A stretch of 64,000 bases of DNA from a virus. Where the stretch lies: positions 1 to 64,000 of the IMG/VR virus record IMGVR_UViG_3300018080_000152, one strand, 5' to 3'. The position numbers and the translations under genes are program-made. Shown here piece by piece: positions 48,133 through 58,182 of the stretch (position 1 is the first letter of the stretch; every line of letters starts with the position of its first letter). The notes beneath the pieces are model-generated. The model saw only the letters and a program-made list of their open reading frames with translations, was not told the origin of the DNA and searched no databases.

Positions 48133-50604
48133 TTAGAGGCACTTAGACCAACCACAGGCTGTACACTTAACACAGCCTTCCTGTCTTATAACCGAATCTC
48201 CATGAATATTACATTCGGGGCATTGTTCACCCTCTTTGGTGCCATCAGGTATGTACTTCTTCAATACACGAGCTACACCACGAGCGAAACTGTTCATTTC
48301 CTTGCTCTCACCAACCTTTTCCAACTGCTGTACTACCCTGTGCATGTCTGCGCCTTCACGTAGCGACAGCGAAGTCAACCTTGTGACAATCTCTTCCATC
48401 TCTGTTGTAGATGCCGTTATGGGCGACAGGTGTTCGTCGGTTCCATCGAAGTGAACAATGTAGAAATTCTTGCGCTTGCGTGTAATACTGCCTGTCTTGA
48501 CACTCTTGGGAATAAACCCGTTCTTGCCAGCGAATACCTCGTAAGGTCTGCCGTCAATTAGGCCAACCAACACGAAATAACTCTGCCCCTTAACGGACGT
48601 ATGATGAACTTCACACTTAACTATGCGCGGCCTTACGTCTATTATAGCACCGTTAGCGGATTTGTCAAGAGCCTTTTTGTCTAAAATCACGCCATCTCTA
48701 CAGCCCTTGCGGTAGACCGTGATTCCTTTGCAGCCTTTCTTCCAGGCCGCTTCATATATCACCTTTACGTCTTCAACAGTAGCCTCAGCCGGTAAGTTGA
48801 TGGTACTACTAATAGCATGGTCTACATGTTGTTGGGCGGCAGCTTGTAGTTCTACTCGCTGTTGCCAGTCTAAGTCTTCCGCACAATTGTCAAACCACGG
48901 GGATTCAGTCAGACATTTCTTGCCAGTAATGTCGAGCCATCGTTGTACTTGTGGGTGTTTAACGGAAAACTCCATCCAGTTATCACCATTGTCGTCGATA
49001 AAGTCAGAGCGGAAACCATCATCTCCTGGGTTGCCTTTCTTACGACGCACGCTAGACATGAAGTACAGTGGTTCAATACTAGACGTAGTTTGTGTTAACA
49101 TACTAACAGAGCCACCCGGCGCAGTAGTTAGAAGACCAATGTTTCTACGGCCATATTGACACATGTTTTCCATAAGGTCTTGACCATAAATAACTGTTCC
49201 GTCTTCAAACTCAACTTTTTCTTTACGAATACGTTGGAAAAATGGACACTCTTTTTCTAGTTGTTCGTCGAAGATTGGGAATGGACCCAATGTCTCTGCC
49301 ATTTCAATTGAAGCTGCATAACATCCGAATTTGAGTGTTCTATATACTCGTTCGGTGAAATCGATGGCATCTTGGCTTCCATAAGCAATTCTGAGTGAGG
49401 CAATCGTGTCACCCAAGGCTGTAATCCCAGTTCCGGTACGACGCCCAGTCTCACAACTCTTATGTATCCTTTTCCACATGGCGAGTTCTCGGCTTTTAAT
49501 TTCATCTGACTCCAAATCATTTGTAATTTTGTCGATAATCCTGTCGATACATTCAAGTTCAAGGTCCACGATATCATCATGCAAACGTTGCGCAATCTTA
49601 CTATAGTCATAAAATTTTCTCCAGTTGAAAGACGCACTGTCTGTAAATGCATCATCCACAAAACCCATAAGATTAAGCAAGAGAAGCCTGCATGAGTCAA
49701 GGACTGAGAGTGGTAGTTCACTACATGGATTTGTAGACACCGTCTTAAAGCCATAGGCGGCATAGCAATCTGCGGGACTTTCAGATATGATGCGGTCCCA
49801 AAAAAGAAGTCCAGGCTCGGCATTAGAGTGAGCGTTTTCAACTATGGTGTTCCATACTTGTCTAGCGCTAACGTATCCACAATGATGTGTTTTACCCGAT
49901 AGGTCTGTCCATCTTTGTTCATATTCTTTGTCGCTAGCAACTGCCTGTAAAAACTCGTCAGATAAACGAATGGAGATATTGGCTCCAGTCACCTTGGTTT
50001 TGTCTGCCTTGCAATACGCAAATTCCTCTACATCAGGATGGTGAACGTCCAGTGTGAGCATAAGAGCACCACGGCGTCCATCTTGTCCAACTTCTCTTAC
50101 AGAATTAGAGAAGCGGTGAGCAAAGCATACAGGACCAGTGCTACTGCGAGAAGAATTGTTTGTTGAGGTTCCGTTGGGTCGTAGGAAGGATATATCTGTG
50201 CCACAGCCTCCCCTCCTCTTGCTAATTTGTACTATTTGTTCATCAGTCCACATGATGCCACCATATGAATCCAATGGTGGGTCAATGACATAACAATTAC
50301 TGAGTGTGATGAAACTTGGATTATCGATTCCGTACATGGAACCACCTTGAGGAACAATATATTTGAACCTATCTATGTATCCAAATATTTCCTCTTGTGT
50401 TAAACCTGCATCTCCATACTTAGTTTTTTCAACACGAGCTAGCGCAGACGCAATTCTATTATGCATGTCTGCTGGAGTAAGCTCAACTAGCTTCTTATCA
50501 CTATTTCTTAACGCATACTTGTCTACAAAAACTTTTGCCGCTAATTCATCACCACCAAAATACTCAATACTTTCTTTCAACGCACGTTTATATGTATATG
50601 TCAT
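48133..50604 (-). CDS. nrdJ: Class II (B12-dependent) ribonucleotide reductase
   Basis: SNCYV, RRGALM, TNPCSEL, TTAPGG, ISSTINLP, KGITVYR, C-terminal CxxC..CGWSKC; no beta-subunit gene in the window. Confidence 0.9.
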   Translation of the reverse strand: MTYTYKRALKESIEYFGGDELAAKVFVDKYALRNSDKKLVELTPADMHNRIASALARVEKTKYGDAGLTQEEIFGYIDRFKYIVPQGGSMYGIDNPSFITLSNCYVIDPPLDSYGGIMWTDEQIVQISKRRGGCGTDISFLRPNGTSTNNSSRSSTGPVCFAHRFSNSVREVGQDGRRGALMLTLDVHHPDVEEFAYCKADKTKVTGANISIRLSDEFLQAVASDKEYEQRWTDLSGKTHHCGYVSARQVWNTIVENAHSNAEPGLLFWDRIISESPADCYAAYGFKTVSTNPCSELPLSVLDSCRLLLLNLMGFVDDAFTDSASFNWRKFYDYSKIAQRLHDDIVDLELECIDRIIDKITNDLESDEIKSRELAMWKRIHKSCETGRRTGTGITALGDTIASLRIAYGSQDAIDFTERVYRTLKFGCYAASIEMAETLGPFPIFDEQLEKECPFFQRIRKEKVEFEDGTVIYGQDLMENMCQYGRRNIGLLTTAPGGSVSMLTQTTSSIEPLYFMSSVRRKKGNPGDDGFRSDFIDDNGDNWMEFSVKHPQVQRWLDITGKKCLTESPWFDNCAEDLDWQQRVELQAAAQQHVDHAISSTINLPAEATVEDVKVIYEAAWKKGCKGITVYRKGCRDGVILDKKALDKSANGAIIDVRPRIVKCEVHHTSVKGQSYFVLVGLIDGRPYEVFAGKNGFIPKSVKTGSITRKRKNFYIVHFDGTDEHLSPITASTTEMEEIVTRLTSLSLREGADMHRVVQQLEKVGESKEMNSFARGVARVLKKYIPDGTKEGEQCPECNIHGDSVIRQEGCVKCTACGWSKCL

Positions 50605-50633
50605 TTACTTATTTCTCCACCCAAATTGTTTTA

Positions 50634-51191
50634 CTACGAAAGCGGTGTAAAGTCTACTCTTCGCACACACACCCGGTCCCTAACTAAAAATTGGGCCACT
50701 TCCATTTCCGTCTCACGGCCCTGTGAGTTTGTCGTTAATCGACTATCATTAACATACACCACTTCTGCTATTCCGGCTATAACACAATTTGAAAAACACG
50801 AAAGACATGGTTCGTGTGTTACGTAGATAGTAGCACCACGGGGGCGGTGCTCACAATTGAGTAGAGCATTCAGCTCTGCATGAATTACCCATGTGTGTTT
50901 GTCTGGTCTAATGTTTGGTATTAAACTGTCGTCTATACCTGGCATCCAACCATTATAACCAACACTAAGAATGTGTTTGTTCTTATCAACAATTACAGCC
51001 CCGCACTGAGTCTCAGAGTCGGGGCTGCGTTTGGCTATATCATGCGCTATCTGTAAGAAGGTTGCGTCCCAAGAGGGTCGTTTGTGAGGCGCATGTTTTT
51101 TTGACATTTCCAATAGGAGGTTAATAGCTTCGTCGGACAGATTTTCGTGTTTTAAGTGACTGTATAGATTCTGTATCTTGTCCATGGTCAT
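50634..51191 (-). CDS. dCMP deaminase
   Basis: GYNG; HAELNA; PCLSC. Confidence 0.9.
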   Translation of the reverse strand: MTMDKIQNLYSHLKHENLSDEAINLLLEMSKKHAPHKRPSWDATFLQIAHDIAKRSPDSETQCGAVIVDKNKHILSVGYNGWMPGIDDSLIPNIRPDKHTWVIHAELNALLNCEHRPRGATIYVTHEPCLSCFSNCVIAGIAEVVYVNDSRLTTNSQGRETEMEVAQFLVRDRVCVRRVDFTPLS

Positions 51192-51285
51192 CTGCCGTGT
51201 AATTCCTGTTGACTTTTTGGCTGCCGCCCTTGCGACGTTGCTTACGGTGTCGCTTGCGGTCTTCTCGCCTGTATGTTCTACCCAT
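51121..51285 (-). CDS. Small basic protein (54 aa, below the ORF-track cutoff)
   Basis: MGRTYRREDRKRHRKQRRK...; fills the gap between two genes. Confidence 0.35.
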   Translation of the reverse strand: MGRTYRREDRKRHRKQRRKGGSQKVNRNYTADDHGQDTESIQSLKTRKSVRRSY

Positions 51286-51505
51286 CTTCTTGCTCTAATT
51301 CTTTTCGTTCTTTGTCAACAGCCTTCTTGACACAGTGACAAACAACTTTAGATTGTGTCCATTCAGTAGCGTCTTTGTGTCGTGTATCCATCATGAGATA
51401 GCCACGACCATAACACTTACATTTTTTACTTGCGTAGAACACCAACAAGTGTGGATTTTCTAGAATATCATTAAGACGTTGGCTCCGCGTCAATTTCTTC
51501 TCCAT
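51278..51505 (-). CDS. Small Zn-binding hypothetical protein
   Basis: CKCYGRG...CHCV. Confidence 0.5.
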   Translation of the reverse strand: MEKKLTRSQRLNDILENPHLLVFYASKKCKCYGRGYLMMDTRHKDATEWTQSKVVCHCVKKAVDKERKELEQEDG

Positions 51506-51821
51506 CTTTTGCTCCTAACATTGTTCCGTCTAGTAAAGCTGGTGCTTCTACTACATCTTCTACAACAATTTCTTCGTTGTTGACTATATTGGTTTCTTCT
51601 TCCAGTTTTTCAATGCGTACATTACCAAAAGCTCTAAAAACTTCTTGGGCTACACCGGGAATAACACTGCCATCAGGCATGATAATATTACAATATCCGA
51701 ATTCATTTTTCTGTATGTAATCTACCGGATGAACACTTCCAGACGCAAAAGGTACAAGTGTTTCTTGTCCATCAAATTCAACTTGTAAGTTCATATTTTT
51801 CAAAAATCTTACTGAACCCAT
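51471..51821 (-). CDS. Hypothetical protein
   Basis: ORF in operon. Confidence 0.5.
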   Translation of the reverse strand: MGSVRFLKNMNLQVEFDGQETLVPFASGSVHPVDYIQKNEFGYCNIIMPDGSVIPGVAQEVFRAFGNVRIEKLEEETNIVNNEEIVVEDVVEAPALLDGTMLGAKDGEEIDAEPTS

Positions 51822-51832
51822 ATGTATTTCCC

Positions 51833-52144
51833 CTATTGTTTCTTGTTTTTACCGCAGCTTCCACATCCACCAGAAGCTTTTTTCTTAGCTATGGCCTGTG
51901 GAACAACTAGTTCACAATAATCTGGCTCAATACGATTAGCAACACCGGCCAACGGAGATGTATCGGGAAAGTGCAAATCCAACTTACCATCTTGATGGCG
52001 TTGATATTGCTCTACTGTGTAGATGTCGCCAACCTTGACTGGTTTCTGCGCCTGAGATACAACAAGCTGTCCTGTTTCATCATCAATAGTTGTTTGAACA
52101 ATTGTGATTATGAAGCTTGCTAAAAATCTAACACTTATAGACAT
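51833..52144 (-). CDS. Hypothetical protein
   Basis: C-terminal GGCGSCGK. Confidence 0.5.
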   Translation of the reverse strand: MSISVRFLASFIITIVQTTIDDETGQLVVSQAQKPVKVGDIYTVEQYQRHQDGKLDLHFPDTSPLAGVANRIEPDYCELVVPQAIAKKKASGGCGSCGKNKKQ

Positions 52145-52174
52145 AATTATCTTTCATTGAACCATAAAAAAAAG

Positions 52175-52257
52175 TAGCGCTGGTGGGAGTCGAACCCACA
52201 TGGTCAAAGACCACGACTTTTTGAAAGTCGCGCGTATACCGGTTCCGCCACAGCGCC
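52175..52257 (-). tRNA. tRNA-Leu(CAA)
   Basis: Cloverleaf, long variable arm, anticodon loop TTCAAAA, GTTCGACTC T-arm. Confidence 0.9.
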
Positions 52258-52262
52258 ATAAG

Positions 52263-52334
52263 TACCCCCAGCGGGAGTCGAACCCGCATCGCAACCTTGA
52301 GAGGGTTGTATCCTTACCGTTAGACGATAGGGGC
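52263..52334 (-). tRNA. tRNA-Glu(CTC)
   Basis: Canonical cloverleaf, loop CTCTCAA. Confidence 0.9.
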
Positions 52335-52453
52335 ACAGCGGTAGTTTTGCTTCTTTGGTGTATAAACACCACTCACAGGTGACCAGGACTCCTACCGCTG
52401 TACTGTAGACATCACATGTGTGAGCCATTCAGTCTGCGAGTCCTCAAGTCAAG

Positions 52454-52526
52454 TGGTGCGCCCAGGAGTCGAGCCTGGATTATTAGCTTATGAAGCTAAC
52501 GAGGCCACCCGGCCTTCCCACGCACA
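52454..52526 (-). tRNA. Atypical tRNA with CAT anticodon (Met/Ile2)
   Basis: TTAGC-TTCATAA-GCTAA; T-loop CTCGACT; abnormal D arm; 1:72 mismatch. Confidence 0.6.
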
Positions 52527-52528
52527 AG

Positions 52529-52597
52529 TAGCGACGGGCGGAATTGAACCGCCTAAACATCCGTATGAAAGATGCGTGATTACCAAATCACGTCGCC
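52529..52597 (-). tRNA. Atypical short tRNA with CAT anticodon
   Basis: GGCGACG/CGTCGCT acceptor; loop TTCATAC; reduced D arm. Confidence 0.65.
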
Positions 52598-52791
52598 TCT
52601 TCAAGTTCATGTTCTTCATAATGACCGATTGAACCGTCTTCGTGTTCTACTTCAAATGTCAACCCATGTGAGTTATGTTCCTTCACAACCGTTCCCTCGA
52701 CACCCCACTTTCTACTAAGTAAAGCTGCGGCGGTCCAATCGGTCGCTTGAGGTTCACATTTGATAGTTCGCACTCTTTGTCCACATTGCAT
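52588..52791 (-). CDS. Small hypothetical protein
   Basis: HNSHGLTFEVEHEDG; inside the tRNA cluster. Confidence 0.5.
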   Translation of the reverse strand: MQCGQRVRTIKCEPQATDWTAAALLSRKWGVEGTVVKEHNSHGLTFEVEHEDGSIGHYEEHELEEAT

Positions 52792-52819
52792 GTCATATTC
52801 CCTTATTGATATTAAAAAG

Positions 52820-52889
52820 AGCCTCTTGTGAGAATCGAACTCACCCTAGCGCATTACAAGTGCGCCGTCGTCAGCCAGAGCGAAGAGGC
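52820..52889 (-). tRNA. tRNA-Thr(TGT), atypical D arm
   Basis: GCCTCTT/AAGAGGC acceptor; GCGCA-CTTGTAA-TGCGC; GTTCGATTC. Confidence 0.75.
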
Positions 52890-52920
52890 AATGGCGGGAT
52901 TTTCACCCGCCGCGTATTCT

Positions 52921-52948
52921 ATTATACACCGAAATTACGGATTGTCAA
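52921..52948 (-). promoter_or_regulatory. Promoter TTGACA-N16-TATAAT (GGTGTATAAT) of tRNA cluster 1
   Basis: Exact hexamers upstream of tRNA-Thr. Confidence 0.75.
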
Positions 52949-53360
52949 CCGCCACCACGGCATATTTTTTTGCAACATCAATTTGAAGCTGCAATATTTT
53001 GTCTAACAGGGCTTTTTGCTCCTGTCGTTGCTCGTGTAATTCTCTTTTCACTTCATCAAGTTTTTCAACTATAGCCTTGTCAGAACTGGCTTGTCTAGCA
53101 GTATGTGTATCTAGAGCAGTTCTAACTTTAATAACTTCATCATGTGCTGTAGTTTTAACCTCATGAACAATATTAACCATGTCATTATACCCAGCATTAG
53201 CACCTGATGCTTGGCTAGAGGCATATACAACAAGGGCAAGAAACACACTAAGCACGCCCATAAATAAACCACCAACATATCTAATGCTCCGAGTACGAGC
53301 ATCGCATGCTTCTTTGGTGATGTATGGACATTCTGGTATTGTGTCATTTTTCTTTGCCAT
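52935..53360 (-). CDS. Membrane protein with one TM helix and a coiled coil
   Basis: YVGGLFMGVLSVFLALVVYA hydrophobic segment. Confidence 0.55.
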   Translation of the reverse strand: MAKKNDTIPECPYITKEACDARTRSIRYVGGLFMGVLSVFLALVVYASSQASGANAGYNDMVNIVHEVKTTAHDEVIKVRTALDTHTARQASSDKAIVEKLDEVKRELHEQRQEQKALLDKILQLQIDVAKKYAVVAVDNP

Positions 53361-53409
53361 AGCAATTACCCTTCTTTATAGTAGGTTTAATGAGAAAAAA
53401 CGCTACTCA

Positions 53410-53985
53410 TTAACCAGTCTTAGATGGGATTGCTGTGTCAACTGGCACCTTACCCGTTGGCAATGTGGTTACATTACCTGGAAGTGCGCGGGTTGCTCTT
53501 GTGTGACTTGCACCAAAGTTATCATCACTGGTACTTGAGGAGATAATTCCTCCAGTTGTGTAGTACCAATTTGTGATAATAAGAGTCTTACGTGTCAGCA
53601 ACGTGTGCGGATTGCGAATCTGCATTGGGTTGCCTGCACTTCTCAAGCCAGTGTATGCTACGCCAGCCAATGTGGTTGTAATATTTCCACCCTTGACGAT
53701 GTAGTTGCCAGCATCCATGACAGCAAATTGACGACCAGAAAATACTTCTGCCGTACCCACATTTGCTTTGGTTGCAGCAGATGCACCAGTTGCATTGTAA
53801 GGCTTTGGTTGCTTTTCACGACCAGCGCCAGTAATTGTCATATCTGGAGCATTAGTCACTGTGTCATTGGTGGTCTCAATGTTACCACCCATTAGAACGG
53901 TTGCGCCATTGTCACGTCGGGCATTTGCGGTAATCGCCTTGCCCCACATACTAGTATCAGCAGGATTTTGAGCCATAATATTCAC
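53410..53985 (-). CDS. Hypothetical T/G/A-rich protein (possible virion protein)
   Basis: Composition; preceded by GGTGTATAAT at 54052-54061. Confidence 0.5.
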   Translation of the reverse strand: MNIMAQNPADTSMWGKAITANARRDNGATVLMGGNIETTNDTVTNAPDMTITGAGREKQPKPYNATGASAATKANVGTAEVFSGRQFAVMDAGNYIVKGGNITTTLAGVAYTGLRSAGNPMQIRNPHTLLTRKTLIITNWYYTTGGIISSSTSDDNFGASHTRATRALPGNVTTLPTGKVPVDTAIPSKTG

Positions 53986-54064
53986 CTTTTTTCGTTGGCT
54001 TCAAATCCATGTCCATTTATTCCCACAATACGATTCCATTTTTCCTACAAGATTATACACCAAA

Positions 54065-54562
54065 TTACGCTTCTGTTTGAGCAAGTTCCGCCATAAGTGC
54101 GACAGAGCGCTCAACAATATTCTTTATTCCTTGCTTAGAATAACCTTCTCTATGAGCTATTTCTTGAAACGTACAGTTTTCCAAAAACCTTGCTTCTACC
54201 ATACGTCTGTCACGATTAGATAATATAGATAGGTAATCATCTAATATCATTTTTTGTGATACAGAATCATCCATGGCTTCTACATCACCACCATTCATAT
54301 GTACTTCACGACCCTTTGTTTTATCTTGTAACGCGCGCAAACATTCCCACTTGATAAATCTATGTAAGGACGATGTAAAACTTTGTCCAAAACTTTCATC
54401 GAAATTTTGTAGCGCTCTCCATAGTGCTATATCCCCACAAGCAGTAAGTGCGTCTGGAGATAGTGCGCCGGAAAATGCCCTACATGTATTCTGTATTCTT
54501 TCTAAATGAGCCTCTCTGGCATTGTTAAACTCTTTATCACTAACAGCATTTTTAGCAACCAT
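54065..54562 (-). CDS. RNA polymerase sigma factor (sigma70 family)
   Basis: ALWRALQNFDESFGQSFTSSL (region 2); LSNRDRRMVEARF..TFQEIA (region 4). Confidence 0.8.
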   Translation of the reverse strand: MVAKNAVSDKEFNNAREAHLERIQNTCRAFSGALSPDALTACGDIALWRALQNFDESFGQSFTSSLHRFIKWECLRALQDKTKGREVHMNGGDVEAMDDSVSQKMILDDYLSILSNRDRRMVEARFLENCTFQEIAHREGYSKQGIKNIVERSVALMAELAQTEA

Positions 54563-54564
54563 AT

Positions 54565-55266
54565 TTACTCTTCTTCTTCTCTTAATTTGGAGATTGTTTC
54601 ATAGCCTTCGTCTCCTAAAACAGCGTCGGCAAATCCCTTGTTTACAGCCTCCCTAGCGGTCATATAGAATTCCTGTTTATTGTTGATGGTCTCTCTTAAC
54701 CATTGCAGCGTTTGCTTAAAATCCATCCCCTCTCGCTGGAAAAACTGGCCTTCTTGTATGCGCTTGGCGTAAATTTCCAACATGACCTCTGTTAACTTTT
54801 TTGCCCATTCTGCTTCTGCTATCGTGTTGGTGTAGTTACCACCTACTCCAAGCTCACCATAATGGACTAGATAATCGGCGTTGGGCATCAAAACCCTGTA
54901 AGTTGCAGCTTGTGGAATTACAGATGACATACTACGAGCATGCGCATGAGACAAAACCACAATGTCTGACAGCGCTTCATCTTCACAACTGTTCTTAATG
55001 GCATCATACATAGCAATCCCATAATTCCAGTCGCCCCCACATGTTGCCATGTGAACTAGAATAGTGTCATTACCCATACTATTCAGTACGCTTAGGTTGC
55101 GTAAAAACTGATGACAAACAGCGTGGTCTATACATGCTGTACCCACATCGTCTGATGCCGGTGGACCAACAAAGATTTCTCTTGTGTCCAATATCACGCC
55201 AAACGTATGAGCATCATAAACCATTTCACTTCGCTGTGAAATGTTTCTCCTGGGAATTTTTGCCAT
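54565..55266 (-). CDS. ClpP-like serine protease
   Basis: TCGGD..GIAMYDAI; ARSMSS; LVH; YMTAREAV.KGFAD. Confidence 0.85.
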   Translation of the reverse strand: MAKIPRRNISQRSEMVYDAHTFGVILDTREIFVGPPASDDVGTACIDHAVCHQFLRNLSVLNSMGNDTILVHMATCGGDWNYGIAMYDAIKNSCEDEALSDIVVLSHAHARSMSSVIPQAATYRVLMPNADYLVHYGELGVGGNYTNTIAEAEWAKKLTEVMLEIYAKRIQEGQFFQREGMDFKQTLQWLRETINNKQEFYMTAREAVNKGFADAVLGDEGYETISKLREEEE

Positions 55267-55267
55267 G

Positions 55268-55891
55268 TTATTCTCTTTCCTCGGAAGTCAATAATCTACC
55301 GCCCACGCTTTCCTGACACTCTTTAAGCAAGGAAACCTTATCCTTGTAATGTTCATCCATTGTGTCTGAGCCAACCACTTCTAGGTTACCATTGGGCACA
55401 ACATAGATAGCCCAATGCTCAAACTTTTTATCTATGTCTTTGCGCATTTCTATGACACGCTCTGCGACACTGAGTTCTAAACCAACCAACAGTTGATTTT
55501 GTTCCTCATTACTCATATCTCTGACTGCCTCTTCAATTGCATATCTAACATCTTGGCTGTTAAATAAACCAGATTTAGGAAAACCGAGACGTGCGCGATA
55601 CCGTGTATAAACCTCAATGCTTTCTACACCATCAACAGCCTCGATAATTGCTGCGATTTTATTTGTGATGCCAAAGTTTGTGTGCATTATCCAGAAGTCA
55701 AAGCTTGTACATGCCATCGAAGCGTCTACGACACTTAACATGCCGTGTGGCGTATGCATAACGGGCTGTCTCTCGATGCTGTGAATTGGAATTGGATTGC
55801 CACTTTCGTCTTCCTCGCATGGCCATCCATCCTCCTCATAATCACTCAACAACGGGTCTCTCCAACGCTCCCATGCAAATTTCTTTTTCAT
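55268..55891 (-). CDS. Hypothetical protein
   Basis: ORF in operon. Confidence 0.55.
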   Translation of the reverse strand: MKKKFAWERWRDPLLSDYEEDGWPCEEDESGNPIPIHSIERQPVMHTPHGMLSVVDASMACTSFDFWIMHTNFGITNKIAAIIEAVDGVESIEVYTRYRARLGFPKSGLFNSQDVRYAIEEAVRDMSNEEQNQLLVGLELSVAERVIEMRKDIDKKFEHWAIYVVPNGNLEVVGSDTMDEHYKDKVSLLKECQESVGGRLLTSEERE

Positions 55892-55893
55892 GA

Positions 55894-56847
55894 TTACACC
55901 TTTACTGCATTGTCCTGCATCATTTGTGCGTAGAATTCAGGAGATTTCGCTTTGGTCATATCTAAGTCTACACTTTCTGTAAACTGACCACCAAGAAATT
56001 CTACCTTAGAGAAGAATGCTTTTGTTTCTCTAACTGACATTCCAAGGTCACGACAATTCATTTCAATAAGCTCTCTGTCTGTTCGGTCACTCAAATTGAA
56101 ATCAACCATCCTTAATACGTCTAGTAGAACAATCTGTTCTTGCCTACTGAAAGACGTGCCATTTAAGACATAGTCATCAAATGCCTCCCAGGTAATTGGC
56201 AACCAGTGCTGTACCATACCAGCAATGACTTTTGCGTATTCACGAATTTCCCACTGGGCATGCGTGTCCAGCCTCAGTCTTAGGAAATGCAGTAAGTTTT
56301 TCAAATCAATTTTCCAGTACCAATAAGTGTATGTACTTAAAGGCAGGTCTATACGAGCTAGCTCTCGCGACAAGTCAGCACGAAGACATGTTTGATAGAG
56401 GTCTACGCTAGTATTACGAGCCCTACCTCTCCCAGAATCAATTCTACTCTGGTCGTACTTGGACACTAGCTGGTCTGTGCTTCCTTGCTTATTACTTTGG
56501 TCCTGTGTTTGGTGTCTGTTTTTGTCTGGTGTGTAAAAAATCTGTGGCATTACACTGTAGCGACCACTATATTCATTTAATGATGCAGTTCTGTGTCTCA
56601 CCCATTGACGAGCCACAAAGATTGGAAGACCAACATGCAACACAACCTCGCACATTTCAAATGGGCTAGTGTGCATATCACGCATGAGCGTGCGAATTAA
56701 ACCCCTGTCGTCTGACACTTTCTTTGTGCCTTGTCCGTAACTACAACGTGCTGCACGCGCTATAGCGGCGTCATTACCCATCCAGTCCACCACAGCACAA
56801 AATCCATTGTCGAGCACTGGAAAATACTTATCTTTTAAGCTATCCAT
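55894..56847 (-). CDS. thyX: Flavin-dependent thymidylate synthase
   Basis: HTSPFE; RQWVRHRTASLNEYSGRY; LRLDTHAQWEIR. Confidence 0.95.
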   Translation of the reverse strand: MDSLKDKYFPVLDNGFCAVVDWMGNDAAIARAARCSYGQGTKKVSDDRGLIRTLMRDMHTSPFEMCEVVLHVGLPIFVARQWVRHRTASLNEYSGRYSVMPQIFYTPDKNRHQTQDQSNKQGSTDQLVSKYDQSRIDSGRGRARNTSVDLYQTCLRADLSRELARIDLPLSTYTYWYWKIDLKNLLHFLRLRLDTHAQWEIREYAKVIAGMVQHWLPITWEAFDDYVLNGTSFSRQEQIVLLDVLRMVDFNLSDRTDRELIEMNCRDLGMSVRETKAFFSKVEFLGGQFTESVDLDMTKAKSPEFYAQMMQDNAVKV

Positions 56848-57268
56848 CAGCTAGTCTCCCTCGCGAAAAAACGTTTCTTGGTTGCATACACAAATCGTCA
56901 TTAAATTGTGGATAGTTGGGTTCTGTTTTGGCAAGACGACCCCACTCTTGAAGGATGCGCACGGCTGTTGCCTGTTGGTTGTTTTCTGAACCATATGCGT
57001 GTACGGCATCTACAGTTGGCGATTTCCAGTTGCCGGAAGAAATATTGTTTAGCATCCGAGATATAGGATGTGACTCATCTTTCTTAGCTGCTGTGTCAGG
57101 CCAACGAACTATTATTTTGACATTGTCCTGTTCGTCCGCAGCAAAGATGACTTGATATGGAAAGTCGCGCACAACCCCATCACTATCCGATTCTGCCTGC
57201 TTTATATGCTTCGTAATGACCTCTTCTAATTCTTTGGTTAGCGCGAGCGTTTGAGAGTTCTTCATCAT
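56840..57268 (-). CDS. Hypothetical protein
   Basis: ORF in operon. Confidence 0.5.
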   Translation of the reverse strand: MMKNSQTLALTKELEEVITKHIKQAESDSDGVVRDFPYQVIFAADEQDNVKIIVRWPDTAAKKDESHPISRMLNNISSGNWKSPTVDAVHAYGSENNQQATAVRILQEWGRLAKTEPNYPQFNDDLCMQPRNVFSRGRLADG

Positions 57269-57692
57269 TCATAAACCTTAGATTTGGGTGTACTGGTATG
57301 CCTGGATAAATTTTAGTTTTATAGCCTAAGTAAATAATACGATTCTTTTTTTGGGTTTCGCCCAACGCAGGAACCATTGGGTCAAAAAATCCGTATGGAA
57401 CTATGTCGATGGTCCTTGGGTCTACGCCCACGGTTTCTTTGAACAGTTCATATGCTACTTCGGCAGCATGTTGTTTATTGGTAATACTTGAGCAAGGAAG
57501 ATGTAGTACGCCGTCGTCACACTCTATGAAACCACATGTAATATTTTCACTTCCATCATTTGCAGTACCACACAAATACACACTGGCGACTACCTGCACA
57601 TTAAACTGGTCAGCTACAGGATACCAGTTGTTTGTGTTGTCATGCCAGTTGTCTGGGTATGAGTCAGTCATTGTTTTGCTCCATATGCTCAT
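57183..57692 (-). CDS. Hypothetical protein (degenerate Nudix-like)
   Basis: LHLP...AAEVAYELFKETVG resembles a Nudix box. Confidence 0.4.
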   Translation of the reverse strand: MSIWSKTMTDSYPDNWHDNTNNWYPVADQFNVQVVASVYLCGTANDGSENITCGFIECDDGVLHLPCSSITNKQHAAEVAYELFKETVGVDPRTIDIVPYGFFDPMVPALGETQKKNRIIYLGYKTKIYPGIPVHPNLRFMNDEELSNARANQRIRRGHYEAYKAGRIG

Positions 57693-58182
57693 GGATAAAC
57701 GCCCGTAGTTTATCGGGCTTCATCGTATCAATCCTGGTAAATGCGCTCGGCAGAATAGCGGCGCTACTGTATAGATAGAGCGAGGCGTTGTCGTCTCCCC
57801 CACTATCTATTATACGCTTTGGGGACACCCTGTCAATATAGTCCTTGAGAATATCTACGGTGGTTAGCCAAACTACATTGCCCTGCAACACATGTGCCCA
57901 AAAAAACGCCCGCGTAGCCGTAATACCTGACGGCGTACACGAGCGTGTATTGAATACTTCGATTGCAACATTGCCGCTACGTGCCTCATACGCATCAAAC
58001 TTTACTTCTGTTGTGAAGTGTGTTTGTTTGTACTCAGATATAACGTCATGAGCTATACGTGCTTCCTTGTCAATAGAACTTGGAAAGCCAGCCGATGTAA
58101 ATAAGTCCGCAACACATTGTTCGGCTTTGTTGCCAGCCTTCAAGTCCCGTAGAAAATTACTTCTTTTTTTCTTCATTTTCAA
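57664..58182 (-). CDS. PD-(D/E)XK nuclease
   Basis: G..AE; HD; TEVKFD; SGNVAIE; SGI..T.A. Confidence 0.7.
   Translation of the reverse strand: MKMKKKRSNFLRDLKAGNKAEQCVADLFTSAGFPSSIDKEARIAHDVISEYKQTHFTTEVKFDAYEARSGNVAIEVFNTRSCTPSGITATRAFFWAHVLQGNVVWLTTVDILKDYIDRVSPKRIIDSGGDDNASLYLYSSAAILPSAFTRIDTMKPDKLRAFIHEHMEQNND

Noticed and set aside
48133-50604. Intein or intron in nrdJ, dnaB or recA
   Set aside because: Lengths are ordinary and motifs are continuous; no intein termini.
52154-52632. Short ORFs over tRNA cluster 1, and N-terminal extensions at 60129-60182 and 63238-63432
   Set aside because: They overlap tRNA genes and are spurious translations.
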